DNA of 64,000 bases from Rhodospirillales bacterium (GCA_038143065.1 JAYQLI010000035.1:2368894-2432893); one strand, 5' to 3'. Shown: positions 10,269 through 24,018, counted from the first letter of the stretch. The notes: a model not told the origin generated them from the sequence alone. Program-made: numbers and translations.

Positions 10269-11843
10269 TCCGCTGCCTGAAGTTCTTGCATCTTTGGTCG
10301 CCAGCGCAGAATTGGTTTCCGTGCGGCCTGAGTTTCATCGAGTCTTCTGCGGGGGGCATAACGGGGAGCTTGTTGGAATCGATCCAAGTTTTGCTCTTTT
10401 GCTTCTTCAGCGAGGAAACGAAGACAATCTATGAAACGATCTAAACTTTCCTTAGATTCGCTCTCCGTAGGCTCTATTAACATTGCTCCTTTAACTACTA
10501 AGGGAAAATACATAGTCATCGGATGATAGCCTTCGTCGATCATAGCCTTGGCAAAATCAAGGGTTGTGATTCCGGTGTCCTTCAGAAAACTCTCATCGAA
10601 AAGGGCCTCATGCATGCATGGCCCATCGCCAAATGGAGCAGACATAACGTCTTGAAGTCGGGCCTTCACATAATTAGCAGCCAACACAGCGTCACCGGAG
10701 GCTTGCATCAATCCGTCAGCGCCATGGCTAAGCATGTAAGTGAGAGCTCGAGTAAACATACCCATCTGTCCATGGAAACCTTTCATTCTTCCGAATGAAT
10801 TTTCTGCACCTTGATTGCGTTCCTCAATTAGGTTGAACCCGGCTTCATCATCGCCAGTAATCCAAGGTATTGGTGCGAATGGAGCAAGAGCGTCAGAGAA
10901 AACGACAGGTCCGGCGCCTGGTCCACCACCCCCATGAGGAGTTGAAAAAGTTTTGTGGAGGTTAATGTGCATTGCGTCCACGCCAAGGTCGCCTGGTCTC
11001 ACCCGACCAACAATTGCGTTGAAGTTGGCGCCATCGCAGTAAAAGAAACCACCAATGCTGTGAATGGCGTCAGCAATAGCTTTAATATCGTTCTCGAATA
11101 CGCCACAGGTGTTGGGATTGGTTAACATTATCGCAGCAACATCTCCACCAAGCATTGCCTTGAAAGCATCAAGATCAACGCGTCCTTTATCGTTTTCTGG
11201 TATCTCCTCAACTTTAAAACCAAGCATGGCTGCTGTTGCTGGATTAGTTCCATGTGCTGAGGCGGGGGCCAGACCCCGCTTTCGTGTCTCACCCTCACCA
11301 CGCGCGTTAAGTGCGGCTTTGATCGCCATCATGCCGCAAAGTTCACCATGAGCGCCTGCCCCTGGCGGTAGTGCTACTCCCTGGCATTCCGGTAAGAACT
11401 GAAAGCCAATTTTTGAGTTGCTGCATTAATTCTAAAGCGCCTTGTATCGTCGATACGGGCTGCATCGGGAGAAGATCAGCAAAGCCCGGAAGCCTTGCCA
11501 TCCGCTCATTTAAGCGGGGATTATGCTTCATGGTGCATGAGCCAAGAGGAAATAGCCCCGTGTCGATGCCATAGTTCAGACGGCTTATGCGAGTGTAATG
11601 TCGAACTACTGTAGGTTCGGCAAGTGATGGCAAGCCGATATCTTCGCCACGTGCTAGGTTTTCAAGGCGGTTCTTAGCGTCAGGCTTAGAGGGGAGATCC
11701 ACACCCACCGCGCCAGGTGAGTCCATCTCAAAAATAAGAGGTTCATCCTGCTCTAGCGCGCGTGCCCCAGTGAATGTTGCGAGCGCACTTGCAGCGTCGT
11801 TAGCAGGTAATGGGCGAGTTGGGCGGCCGTCTTTAAGCATCAA
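10265..11843 (-). CDS. gcvPB: Glycine dehydrogenase (decarboxylating) subunit 2 (frameshift near 11380)
   Basis: PLGSCTMKHNP, GAHGE (in the corrected frame), SAHGTNPATA, and the PLP-lysine motif NLHKTFSTPHGGGGPG. Confidence 0.93.
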
Positions 11844-13187
11844 GCAAGCGCTCCTTCCAGCGCAGAAACAAGAGCATCGATATCAGAATTCGTATTAGTT
11901 TCTGTAGCGGCAACAATGAGAACATCGTCCAGATTTGATGAGGACCAAAGTCGGGAAGCCGGCACTCCGCCTAAAACCCCTGCGTCGGCCATTGTTTGAA
12001 CAACCTCCGAGGCTTTTTTAGGCAACTTCAAAGCGAATTCATTGAAAAATGAGGGCGTTATAAGGTCCACCCCTGGAATTTCTGAAAGTCGATCTGCCAG
12101 TTGACTGGCTCGTGCATGGTTCAAAGCCGCTAATTCTTTAAAACCAGTCTCTCCAAGCAGCGTCATGTGAACAGTGAAGGCGAGAGCGCAAAGGCCAGAA
12201 TTTGTGCATATGTTGCTAGTTGCTTTCGCTCGCCGAATATGTTGTTCACGAGTGGAAAGAGTAAGAACAAATCCACGTCTGCCCTCAGCATCAACTGTTT
12301 CACCACATAGCCGTCCCGGCATTTGTCGGATGAGTTTTTCCTTGCAAGCGAAGAGACCGATGTGAGGCCCACCGAAGTTTAAGGCATTTCCAATAGACTG
12401 GCCTTCAGCAACAGCAATATCGGCACCCATTGCGCCTGGTGGCTTAATAGCACCAAGGGAAACAATTTCTGTAGTAACCACAATGAGAAGTGCGCCAGCT
12501 GCATGGGTTGCTTCGGCCAGACTGCTGAAATCAACAATGTGGCCGAAGACGTCTGGGTATTGCACGATTACGGCACTAGTCTCACCGTCAATCTCATCCT
12601 TCAATTTTTGAATATCACTGCCTTCGGCTTTGGGTGACATTTCCTCGAATTGAAATCCTGTTTGCTTAGAAAGGGTAGCTATTGTTCCGGAGTAGTGCGG
12701 GTGCAAATTCCTGACGCAATGATTTTTCTCTGCGCGTGACCCGGTTTGCCATCAAGGCGGCTTCTGCAGCAGCAGTCGCGCCATCGTACAATGATGCGTT
12801 TGCTACATCCATGTCAGTAACCAGAGCTACTTGTGTTTGAAACTCAAATAATGCTTGCAGTGTGCCTTGGGCAATTTCAGGCTGATAGGGCGTATAGGCT
12901 GTGAGAAATTCTCCACGTTGAATTACATAATCAACAGTAGCAGGCACGTGATGGCGATAAGCACCTGTCCCTAGGAAGCTTGGCACGGTGCTGGCCGATA
13001 TGTTTCGGCCTGCAAGCGATACCAGTTCTTTCTCAACTTCTATTTCTGACTGTCCGAGAGGAAGACCGACTGGTTCATTCAGCAAAGCCTCTGCTGGAAC
13101 ATCGGAAAAAAGATCATTGATGCTTGATACTCCTATTGTAGAGAGCATCTCGCGTCGGTTGGTGTCTGTCAGCGGCAAATAACGCAT
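11840..13187 (-). CDS. gcvPA: Glycine dehydrogenase (decarboxylating) subunit 1 (frameshift(s) near 12710-12727)
   Basis: [31 protein letters not shown] and [18 protein letters not shown]. Confidence 0.93.
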
Positions 13188-13207
13188 CGTTAGTGCTCCT
13201 TAAGGTC

Positions 13208-13579
13208 TCAGCCTTTGCAAAATTCGGCGTAGGCACTCTCGTCCATTAGGTTTTCTAGTTCTGAAACATCAGAAATTTTTATCTTGAAAAACCAGCCATC
13301 GCCTTGGGCATCAGAATTTACCAGTCCAGGGTCAGTTTCGAGAGCTTCGTTGACTTCAACTACTTCCCCTGAAAGCGGGGCATAGACATCGCTTGCCGCT
13401 TTGACTGATTCGACGACTGCGCAGTCGTCATCTTTATTCACGTCAGTTCCAGTAGTTGGTAAATCTACGAAAACTACGTCACCGAGTTGAACTTGTGCGT
13501 ATTCGCTAATACCGCATGTCGCAGTGTCGCCATCTACGCGAACCCATTCGTGCTCTTCGGAGAAATAAATGTCTGACAT
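13208..13579 (-). CDS. gcvH: Glycine cleavage H protein
   Basis: HEWVR and the lipoyl-lysine motif VESVKAASD. Confidence 0.96.
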   Translation of the reverse strand: MSDIYFSEEHEWVRVDGDTATCGISEYAQVQLGDVVFVDLPTTGTDVNKDDDCAVVESVKAASDVYAPLSGEVVEVNEALETDPGLVNSDAQGDGWFFKIKISDVSELENLMDESAYAEFCKG

Positions 13580-13591
13580 TTTTCGGTTTCC

Positions 13592-14692
13592 TCAGCCTTT
13601 AAAATAGCGATGTGGATGGAACGGCAATTTTACAATCTCTCCTGGACGAGATTGGCCGCGGACCATTAGTTCGATTTTGGTTCCTGGGGTGCTGGCGTTG
13701 TAATCGACGTATCCCATGGCAATTGGGTGATCTAGACTTGGTCCAAACCCTCCGCTTGTAACTGATCCAACGTTTTGGCCAGCTACCCTGATCTCAACGC
13801 CTTCTCGGGCTATAACTCGCCCTTCAGGTCTAATACCAACCCGACGACGCGATGGCTTTTCTGTTAGTTCTTTCTTGATGCGGTTGAAGCCAAGGAAGCC
13901 GCCTTCTTCTCGCCGTCTCTTGCCAATGGTCCATGAGAGTCCTGCCTCTACGGGTGATGTTTGGTGATTGAGATCGTGTCCATAAAGGCATAGTCCTGCT
14001 TCCAGCCTGAGCGAGTCTCTTGCGCCTAGCCCAATAGGTGCTACTTCTTCTTGATCGAGAAGGGCGCGAGCGATCGCTTCGGCAGCATGGTTTTCCATAC
14101 TGATTTCAAAACCATCTTCGCCGGTGTATCCAGACCGCGTTATAAAACAGCGGAACCCTTCAATATCAATTTCAGACCCAGACATAAAAGGCATTGCAGA
14201 CGTCATGGGAGCAAAGCGCTCCAACACAGAAGCAGCTTTTGGTCCTTGTAGGGCCAAAAGAGCCCGATTATCTAAGTACTGGACCTCCACTCCGGCTAAA
14301 TTATCTTTCATGTGGTCCAGGTCTTCGTGTTTACAAGCGGCGTTTACTACGAGAAAAAAGTCCTCACCACGATTAAGGATCATGAGGTCGTCAGAAACGC
14401 CGCCCAATTGATTGGTGAACATGGTGTAGCGCATTTGACCTTTAGACAGCTCTTTAATGTCGGCAGGCACAATCTGCTCTAAGCTCGTTGCAATGTTTTT
14501 CCCCACCAATCTCACTTGCCCCATGTGGGACACGTCAAAGAGACCAGCAGAATTTCTGCAATGCTTGTGTTCTTCAAGCACGCCCAAGGGGTATTGAACG
14601 GGCATATCATAGCCCGCGAAGTTGACCATCTTTGCGCCAAGTTCAATGTGCAAGCTATGCAGAGGGGTTTTAAGAGGCGCGGCGTCTGTCAA
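13592..14692 (-). CDS. gcvT: Glycine cleavage aminomethyltransferase T
   Basis: LFDVSHMGQ, RSGYTGEDGFE and GLGARDSLRLEAGLCLYG. Confidence 0.96.
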   Translation of the reverse strand: MTDAAPLKTPLHSLHIELGAKMVNFAGYDMPVQYPLGVLEEHKHCRNSAGLFDVSHMGQVRLVGKNIATSLEQIVPADIKELSKGQMRYTMFTNQLGGVSDDLMILNRGEDFFLVVNAACKHEDLDHMKDNLAGVEVQYLDNRALLALQGPKAASVLERFAPMTSAMPFMSGSEIDIEGFRCFITRSGYTGEDGFEISMENHAAEAIARALLDQEEVAPIGLGARDSLRLEAGLCLYGHDLNHQTSPVEAGLSWTIGKRRREEGGFLGFNRIKKELTEKPSRRRVGIRPEGRVIAREGVEIRVAGQNVGSVTSGGFGPSLDHPIAMGYVDYNASTPGTKIELMVRGQSRPGEIVKLPFHPHRYFKG

Positions 14693-14746
14693 CGTATGTC
14701 TCCGACTCAGAGTTGCAGTTCATCGGACTTTCGCCTGATGCACCAA

Positions 14747-14971
14747 CCCCCTCTGTCATCGGGACCTGAAAGATTCTCCCAAAATAGCGTCACCGCCATT
14801 ATTGGGTTTGCATCTTCGGTGGAACGATTCGGCCTAAACCGTTTCGCTCACTTTCCAGAGTTGCCTATCCTATCGGTCCGCTTCGCCTGAGAGTTTCCGG
14901 GGCGGTTGCTCCTTCGGCGGCTAACAAACTAGCGACTCGCTACATTTGAAAGCTCTCTCCCGATCAGGATC
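14747..14971 (-). promoter_or_regulatory. Tandem glycine riboswitch (two aptamers) in the gcvT leader
   Basis: The reverse complement reads GGAGAGA...CCGAAGGAGCAA...GGAAACTCTCAGG...GGAC (aptamer 1), then CTCTGGAAAG...CACCGAAGATGCAA...AATCTTTCAGGT...GACAGAGGGG (aptamer 2). It lies immediately upstream of gcvT. Confidence 0.93.
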
Positions 14972-15156
14972 TTTAGCTTTTAAAGGTTGACCATATGAAC
15001 AACCTTGAAGGAGTCAACTGACGCCCTAAAAAAACAGGTGGAAAGGCTTCAAAGGTCGCAGTACACAATGTGCGATTGCGAACATTGCGTACGATGACTA
15101 AAGTGCGGCCGCGAGGTCCTCGCATTAGTCCGTGGTTTAAGAATAGGAGAGACGTC

Positions 15157-15530
15157 ATGGCCGGTCTAGACGATCTGCTTCGAGAATATTTGCCCATATT
15201 GATTTTTTTCGGCGTGGCTGCTGGCGTAGCTGTGGCTGCTGTGTCGGCTTCATACATCATTGCCAGACAAAAACCTGATCCAGAAAAGGTGTCCGCATAC
15301 GAGTGTGGGTTTGAGGCTTTCACGGACAGTCGAGGCAAATTCGATGTGCGTTTTTACTTAGTGGCAATTCTTTTCATCATCTTCGATCTTGAGGTTGCAT
15401 TCTTGTTTCCTTGGGCCGTTGCTCTCGGAGACATCGGTGCTTTCGATTTTGGTCGATGATGGCCTTCTTGGGTATTTTAACGGTTGGGTTCATCTACGAA
15501 TGGAAAAAGGGCGCTTTGGAATGGGAGTGA
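15157..15530 (+). CDS. nuoA: NADH-quinone oxidoreductase subunit A (frameshift near 15445)
   Basis: [10 protein letters not shown] and [22 protein letters not shown]. The shifted frame ends [18 protein letters not shown] precedes the ATG. Confidence 0.92.
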
Positions 15531-16060
15531 TTGATAATGTTGGCCCAGTCGGCCCAGGGGCAGAGCAAGATGCCATCCTAAAAGGTGTGACCGGAGAGCT
15601 TGAAGATAAAGGCTTTGTGGTTGCGCAGCTTGATAGCCTGGTGAATTGGGCCCGCTCTGGATCGCTGTGGCCAATGACATTCGGGCTTGCGTGCTGTGCA
15701 GTTGAAATGATGCACTCTGCTTGCTCGCGCTATGATCTTGATCGCTTTGGGGTGGTCTTCAGGCCAAGTCCTCGTCAATCTGATGTGATGATTGTCGCGG
15801 GTACTTTAACTAACAAAATGGCCCCTGCTTTGCGGAAAGTATATGATCAAATGGCAGAGCCCCGCTGGGTCATTTCCATGGGCTCGTGTGCAAATGGAGG
15901 TGGCTACTACCACTACAGTTATTCAGTGGTTCGAGGCTGCGATCGCATTGTGCCAGTTGATGTATATGTTCCTGGTTGCCCGCCGACCGCTGAGGCGTTG
16001 CTTTATGGGGTGTTGCAGCTTCAAAAAAAGATCAAACGCACCGGCACCTTGTTGCGCTAA
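15521..16060 (+). CDS. nuoB: NADH-quinone oxidoreductase subunit B
   Basis: [19 protein letters not shown] and VPGCPP. Confidence 0.96.
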   Translation: MGVIDNVGPVGPGAEQDAILKGVTGELEDKGFVVAQLDSLVNWARSGSLWPMTFGLACCAVEMMHSACSRYDLDRFGVVFRPSPRQSDVMIVAGTLTNKMAPALRKVYDQMAEPRWVISMGSCANGGGYYHYSYSVVRGCDRIVPVDVYVPGCPPTAEALLYGVLQLQKKIKRTGTLLR

Positions 16061-16083
16061 CGGGTTTTTAGGCGGAAAATCTT

Positions 16084-16695
16084 ATGCAGAACCTATCAGA
16101 GCACATTGCCGAGCATCTTGGTGATATCCTTGTAAGCCGTGAAGTCCGTTTAAATGAACTGATTCTGACGGTTAGAAAGGACGGGATCGTTAGAGCGTTA
16201 ACCTTTCTGCGGGATGATAGTACCGTGGATTGCAAAATGTTGGTGGACGTTTGTGGAGTGGATTATCCAAGTCGAGAAGAGCGGTTTGAGGTTGTCTATA
16301 ATCTTCTTAGCCTGCGCCAAAATCATCGTGTTCGCGTAAAAATAACAACAGACGAAGACACACCTGTGCCGTCAGTGGCGGAGGTGTTTTCATCGGCCAA
16401 CTGGTTTGAGCGAGAAGTCTGGGACCTTTATGGCGTGTTTTTTGCTGACCATCCGGACCTGCGGAGGATTTTGACCGATTATGGGTTCGAGGGACATCCT
16501 CTTCGAAAAGATTTTCCCATGACGGGGCATGTTGAAGTTCGATATGACGATGAGGACAAGCGTGTTGTTTATGAACCCGTACGCTTGCCCCAAGAATTTA
16601 GATCTTTTGACTTCTTGAGCCCATGGGAAGGCGCTGAGCGTCAACTCCCGGGGGACGAAAAAGTCGATGAGACAGCGGCCGAGAAGACGGACTGA
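16084..16695 (+). CDS. nuoC: NADH-quinone oxidoreductase subunit C
   Basis: [10 protein letters not shown] and [19 protein letters not shown]. Confidence 0.96.
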   Translation: MQNLSEHIAEHLGDILVSREVRLNELILTVRKDGIVRALTFLRDDSTVDCKMLVDVCGVDYPSREERFEVVYNLLSLRQNHRVRVKITTDEDTPVPSVAEVFSSANWFEREVWDLYGVFFADHPDLRRILTDYGFEGHPLRKDFPMTGHVEVRYDDEDKRVVYEPVRLPQEFRSFDFLSPWEGAERQLPGDEKVDETAAEKTD

Positions 16696-16699
16696 AAAG

Positions 16700-17877
16700 A
16701 TGGCTGAAGCTCACATAAAAAATTATACTATTAATTTTGGGCCGCAGCACCCAGCAGCACACGGTGTGTTGCGTATGGTGATGGAGCTCGATGGAGAAAT
16801 AGTTGACCGCATTGATAGTCACATTGGCTTACTTCATCGCGGTACAGAAAAGCTGATAGAATATAAGACTTATCTCCAGGCAATGCCTTATTTCTATAGG
16901 CTTGATTACGTATCTCCCATGTCTCAGGAGCATGCCTATTGTTTGGCCGTTGAGAAACTTCTCGGGATAGCCCCCCATTGCGGGGCCAGTATGTAAGAGT
17001 GCTTTTTGCTGAGATTAGTCGGGTTCTGAACCATCTCTTAAACATAACTGCATTCGCGATGGATGTTGGCGCTATGACCCCAATGCTTTGGGGTTTTGAA
17101 CAGCTCGAGAAGCTGATGGAATTTTACGAGGGTGTTTCGGGGGCTCGTTTACACGCGGCTTACTTCCGTCCTGGAGGGGTTCATCAGGACCTGCCTGACG
17201 GGATGTTGGGTGAAATCTCAGCTTGGTGTGATGAATTCCCGAGATTTGTGGACGATATGCGTCACCTTCTAGACGGAAACCGCATTTTTAAGCAGCGGAC
17301 GGTTGATGTTGGGGTCGTTTCAGCTAAGGACGCCATCGACTGGGGCTTTACTGGTCCAATGCTTAGAGGATCTGGCGTAGCTTGGGACCTGAGGCGTTCC
17401 CAGCCCTATGATGTTTATGACCAGTATGATTTTGATGTTCCAATCGGAAAAAACGGCGATTGTTATGATCGCTACGTCTGTCGTGTTGAAGAGATGGCTC
17501 AAAGTCTGAAGATTATTCGTCAGTGCATTGCTGATATGCCTCAAGGGCCGGTACTCGCAGAAGACGCTAAGATTGCTCCTCCACGACGAGGTGATATGAA
17601 GCAGTCTATGGAAGCACTTATTCACCACTTTAAGCTCTACACAGAAGGCTTCCATGTGCCTGCGGGTGAGACCTACACTGCGGTTGAGGCACCAAAAGGT
17701 GAGTTTGGTGTCTATCTCGTTTCTGACGGAACAAACAAGCCTTATCGCTGCAAGATTCGTGCTCCCGGTTTTGCCCATCTTCAGGCAATGGAATTTTGCT
17801 CGAAAGGTCATATGCTTGCTGATAGCGTGGCCATACTCGGATCTATGGACATTGTTTTTGGAGAGGTCGACCGATGA
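16700..17877 (+). CDS. nuoD: NADH-quinone oxidoreductase subunit D (frameshift in C-run near 16971-16976)
   Basis: [30 protein letters not shown] and C-terminal DIVFGEVDR. Confidence 0.95.
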
Positions 17878-18458
17878 GTGGTATCGAAATCGCCCCTGAC
17901 CATCTTCAGCCTGGTTCTTTCGTCTTTTCTGATGAAAATCTTGTTAAGGCTCAAACGACGATAGCAAAGTATCCTGAAGGCAAGCAGCAGAGCGCCCTTA
18001 TGCCTCTGCTGGACCTTGCGCAGCGTCAAAATGGTGGCTGGGTCCCAAGAGCGGCAATCGAATACATTGCTGACATGCTTGAGATGCCTTCTATCCGGGT
18101 TTGGGAAGTTGCCACTTTTTATACTATGTATTTTCTTGCACCAAAGGGTCGGACGAAAGTGCATGTTTGCACAACTACTCCCTGCTGGCTTCGCGGTTCT
18201 GATGATGTTGTGAAAGCCTGCAAGGAAAGCCTTGGCATCGGGATGGACGAAACAACCAGCGACGGTGCATTTTCCTTACATGAAGTTGAATGCGCAGGTG
18301 CCTGCGTGAATGCACCTGTTGTGCAAATTAATGACGACTATTACGAAGATTTGGATTACGAAAAGACCAAGCGCCTGCTTGACTCTTTCAAGGCGGGAGA
18401 CCCTCCGAAGCCTGGTCCATTGAGTGAACGTCGCGGTTCTGAACCTGCAAAAGCCTAA
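17874..18458 (+). CDS. nuoE: NADH-quinone oxidoreductase subunit E
   Basis: EVATFYTM and 2Fe-2S ligands CTTTPC...ECAGAC. Confidence 0.95.
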   Translation: MSGIEIAPDHLQPGSFVFSDENLVKAQTTIAKYPEGKQQSALMPLLDLAQRQNGGWVPRAAIEYIADMLEMPSIRVWEVATFYTMYFLAPKGRTKVHVCTTTPCWLRGSDDVVKACKESLGIGMDETTSDGAFSLHEVECAGACVNAPVVQINDDYYEDLDYEKTKRLLDSFKAGDPPKPGPLSERRGSEPAKA

Positions 18459-18484
18459 TTGAAAAGAAGCTAGAAGCCAGCCCA

Positions 18485-19768
18485 ATGTTAGATATTAAAG
18501 ATCGAATTTTCACCAATCTTTACGGCGAGGAGCCTTGGGATCTTGCTGCTGCTAAAAAGCGTGGCGATTGGGATGGGACCAAGGAATTAATTGCAAAAGG
18601 CCGAGATTGGATCGTAGAGGAAATGAAATCCTCAGGCATGAGAGGCCGTGGAGGTGCTGGCTTCCCAACTGGCCTAAAATGGTCATTCATGCCTAAGGAT
18701 GACGACGGCAAGCCACGTTATCTGGTTGTGAATGCGGATGAAGGCGAACCTGGTACGTGCAAAGATAGGGATATCATTCGTAATGATCCTCATAAGTTAG
18801 TTGAGGGATGCTTGCTTGCAGGTGTCGGACTTGGAGCTACGGCAGGTTATATTTACATCCGGGGTGAATTTCATAACGAGGCAAATATATTAGATGCTGC
18901 TATTCAAGAGGCTTACGATGCTGGCCTTCTTGGTAAAAACGCCTGTGGTTCAGGTTATGATTATGATTTATATTTGCACCGGGGTGCTGGTGCATACATT
19001 TGCGGTGAAGAAACCGCTCTAATTGAGAGTCTTGAAGGTAAAAAAGGCCAGCCACGCTTGAAGCCCCCGTTTCCTGCAATGGCCGGGCTTTATGGTCGCC
19101 CCACAACTGTAAACAATGTCGAAACGATTGCGGCTGCTCCAACAGTTTTGCGTCGAGGGGCTGCGTGGTTCTCAAGTTTTGGGCGCGAAAATAACGCTGG
19201 GACCAAACTTTTCTGTATATCTGGCCATGTTAACACTCCATGTAATGTTGAAGAGACGATGGGTATTTCGCTCAAAGAGTTGATAGAGCGGCATGCAGGT
19301 GGAGTTCGTGGTGGTTGGGATAACTTACTCGCTGTCATACCGGGTGGCTCATCTACTCCTGTGCTGCCTAAGCACATTTGCGATACAGCCATAATGGACT
19401 TTGATGGTCTTCGTGAGCATCAGAGTGGGCTCGGGACCGCTGCAGTTATTGTGATGGATAAATCAACAGATATCGTTAAGGCGTTTGCCCGACTTTCCTA
19501 CTTCTACATGCATGAGAGTTGTGGCCAATGCACACCTTGCCGTGAGGGTTTTGGTTGGGTTTATCGAGTAATGCAGAGAATGGTTACCGGCGATGCTCGC
19601 ATTGAGGAGATAGATATGCTCCAGCAGGTAACTAAGGAAATTGAGGGTCATACCATCTGTGCCCATGGCGACGGTGGCTCTTGGCCAATCCAGGGAATGA
19701 TCAGGCACTTTCGCCCAGAACTCGAGCGTCGTATCGAAGAACGCTTAGCTGCTGCCCGGGCGGCTTAA
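18485..19768 (+). CDS. nuoF: NADH-quinone oxidoreductase subunit F
   Basis: [36 protein letters not shown] and [12 protein letters not shown]. Confidence 0.97.
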   Translation: MLDIKDRIFTNLYGEEPWDLAAAKKRGDWDGTKELIAKGRDWIVEEMKSSGMRGRGGAGFPTGLKWSFMPKDDDGKPRYLVVNADEGEPGTCKDRDIIRNDPHKLVEGCLLAGVGLGATAGYIYIRGEFHNEANILDAAIQEAYDAGLLGKNACGSGYDYDLYLHRGAGAYICGEETALIESLEGKKGQPRLKPPFPAMAGLYGRPTTVNNVETIAAAPTVLRRGAAWFSSFGRENNAGTKLFCISGHVNTPCNVEETMGISLKELIERHAGGVRGGWDNLLAVIPGGSSTPVLPKHICDTAIMDFDGLREHQSGLGTAAVIVMDKSTDIVKAFARLSYFYMHESCGQCTPCREGFGWVYRVMQRMVTGDARIEEIDMLQQVTKEIEGHTICAHGDGGSWPIQGMIRHFRPELERRIEERLAAARAA

Positions 19769-19783
19769 GGAGGATCAGCGAAG

Positions 19784-21794
19784 ATGCCAAAACTCACAGT
19801 TGACGGCGTTGAAGTAGAAGTGCCAGCCGGAGCAACCGTGCTGCAAGCGATCGAGGCAACAGGGAAAGAAGTTCCGCGCTTCTGCTATCATGATCGTTTA
19901 TCCATTGCCGGCAACTGCCGGATGTGTTTGGTGGAAATAAAACCGGGTCCACCAAAACCTGCGGCATCTTGTGCTATGCCTGCTGGGGAAAACATGGAAG
20001 TTTTTACCAATAGCCCAATGGTGGAACATGCCCGAAAGGGCGTGATGGAAATGCTGCTGATTAACCATCCACTGGATTGTCCAATATGTGACCAGGGCGG
20101 TGAGTGTGATCTTCAAGATCAGGCGATGTCTTATGGTGGTGGGGCAAGCCGTTATGACGAAATGAAACGTGCAGTCCCTGATAAGTATATGGGACCATTA
20201 GTTAAGACAATTATGACTCGTTGCATCCACTGCACGCGCTGTGTGCGTTTTGTGGATGAGGTGGCAGGTGTTCCAACGATTGGCGCACTTGGGCGAGGAG
20301 GTGCCACAGAAATTAGTACGCTTGAAGCAGGTATTAATTCTGAGCTATCTGGAAATATTATTGACCTCTGTCCTGTGGGGGCTCTGACTTCAAGGCCCTA
20401 CGAATTCGTAGCGAGGCCGTGGGAACTCTCTAAGACTGAATCTGTAGATGTTATGGATGCTGTTGGCTCTAATATTCGCGTTGATGCGCGCGGGCCAGAG
20501 GTTTTGCGGGTGCTCCCTAGGCTTAATGAAGATGTCAATGAAGAATGGATTTCTGACAAGACCAGATTTGCAATTGATGGCTTAAAACGCCAGCGCCTAG
20601 ACACCCCTTACGTCCGGGGAGCCGATGGTCGTCTGAAGGCTACAAGTTGGACAGCGGCCCTGAACGTGGTTGCTGAAAAATTAAAGGCAACAGCCCCAGA
20701 GAAGATCGCTGTTATTGCTGGTGATCAAGTTGACGCTGAGGCAATGTTTGCCGCCAAGGCACTTTTTGAAAATATAGGCGTTCAAAATATCGATTGCCGA
20801 CAGGACGGTATGAAAATTGCGCCAGGTACTCCGCGCGGTGGATATATTCTGAACGAAGGTCTCTCCGGTGTGGAGAAGGCAGACCGATTACTTCTAATTG
20901 GTTCGGACCCTAGACGCGAAGCGGCAGTCTTTGGGGCCCGTATTCGTAAGCGCTGGCTTGAAGGGGATTTCAAAGTCGGTGTGGTTGGGGAAATAGGGGA
21001 TCAAACCTACCCAACGGAATTAGTTTCTCTTGAAAGTGCTGCCGAATTTCTTCAAGGGGCGTCCAGGCCGATGGTGATCGTTGGCGCTGGCGCTCTAGCA
21101 AGAGCGGATGGTGCATCAGTGCTGGCTCATGCTCGATCTTTAGCAACAGTTACGGATGAATGGGTTGGTTTCGGTGTCCTGCACACTGCGGCGTCACGTG
21201 TCGCTGGGCTGGATCTTTCCTTCTTGCCTGGGCCTGAAGGTCAGGATGTTGCTGGTATGTTGGCGGGCGTTAAAACAGGGGATATTGAAACTGTTTTTCT
21301 TCTTGGAGCTGATGAAATTAACTTTGAAAGCTTGAAAGGCGCATTTGTTATTTATCAGGGTGCAGTTGGTGACGAGGGTGCAGGGGCTGCTGACGTAGTG
21401 CTGCCTGGAGCTGCATTTACAGAGAAAGATGGTACTTACGTTAATACGGAAGGCCGCGCTCAGAGAGCTTCTCGCGCTGTATTTCCACCTGGTGATGCTC
21501 GTGAAGACTGGACTATATTAAGAGCTCTTTCGGAAGTTTTAGGTTCCAAGTTGCCATTTGATGATTTGATCAGTCTTCGCGCTCAGATGATTGAAAAAGT
21601 TCCTGTGCTCGGAGCCATTGACGAACAGATGCCAGGTGTTTGGGGTGAGTTTGGCGAGAAGGGTTTGGTTGAAGATGAGCCAATGCAGTCTGCGGTCAAA
21701 AATTTCTATATGACTTGCCCAATTTCTCGTGCCAGCCCGACTATGGCCCGATGTGTGCAGGAATTTATGAATAGTTCAAATCAGGATAAAGCGC

Positions 21795-21802
<8 letters not shown>
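19784..21802 (+). CDS. nuoG: NADH-quinone oxidoreductase subunit G
   Basis: [25 protein letters not shown] and RCIHCTRC. Confidence 0.97.
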
Positions 21803-23307
<1,505 letters not shown>

Positions 23308-23400
23308 ATCTTTTTGCCCATCGCATCGTGCTAATGAAGCTCAAGTTTTGAGATATAGTTTGCGGATGTGGGCTGCCTTTAAATTGGTTGGAGGGTCAAC

Positions 23401-24018
23401 ATGACCGTCGCCGCATTATGTTTTTACCTTTTTGCTTCAGTTGCTGTTGTCTCAGGGGTAATGGTTGTTACTGCGCGTAATCCCGTGCATGCAGTGCTTT
23501 TCCTTATTCTGGCAGTTTTTAACTCAGCTGGTTTATTCGTTTTGATAGGTGCGGAATATCTCGCCATGGCTCTTGTGGTTGTATATGTCGGGGCAGTTGC
23601 GGTTCTATTCTTATTTGTCGTTATGATGCTGGATGTGAATTTCCAAGAGTTGAGAGCTGGTGCCGCTCGTTACATTTCGATCGGCGCGGTTGTTGGTTTG
23701 GCACTTCTTGCATAGTTAAGCTTGGTGCTCGGTGGTGCTGCGTTTGGTGATGCCAAAGTCATGGGTGGCGCACTTCCAACCCCACCAGCGGATCAGGTTG
23801 AGAATGTTAGAGCTCTTGGTCAAATTCTCTACACCGATCTTTTTGTCCTATTTCAGATTTCAGGTCTGATATTGTTGGTGGCGATGATTGGCGCAATAGT
23901 ATTGACGTTGCGCAGTCGCCCTGGTGTTCGCCGTCAACGGATTAGTGACCAACTTGAGCGAACTCCAGAAAAAGCTATAGAGGTTGTCAAAGTGCCCATT
24001 GGCGGAGGCGCCCAATGA
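23401..24018 (+). CDS. nuoJ: NADH-quinone oxidoreductase subunit J (one in-frame TAG at 23713-23715)
   Basis: [27 protein letters not shown] and [12 protein letters not shown]. Both halves are in the same frame. Confidence 0.92.

Noticed and set aside
10265-13187. Split glycine decarboxylase P as a novelty
   Set aside because: The two-subunit GcvPA/GcvPB form is well known. Only the additional breaks inside each subunit are artefacts.
14516-15338. ORFs 14516-14890 (+), 14973-15338 (-) and the extended nuoA start at 15070
   Set aside because: They overlap gcvT, the riboswitch or nuoA, have no family motifs, and a better SD and ATG exist at 15157.
23401-24018. Genome-wide TAG reassignment (alternative genetic code or pyrrolysine)
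   Set aside because: TAG terminates genes at conserved C-termini (rnj VHIVRI*, SDR AYSLF*, tusA, nuoM), and no pyl genes are present in the window.
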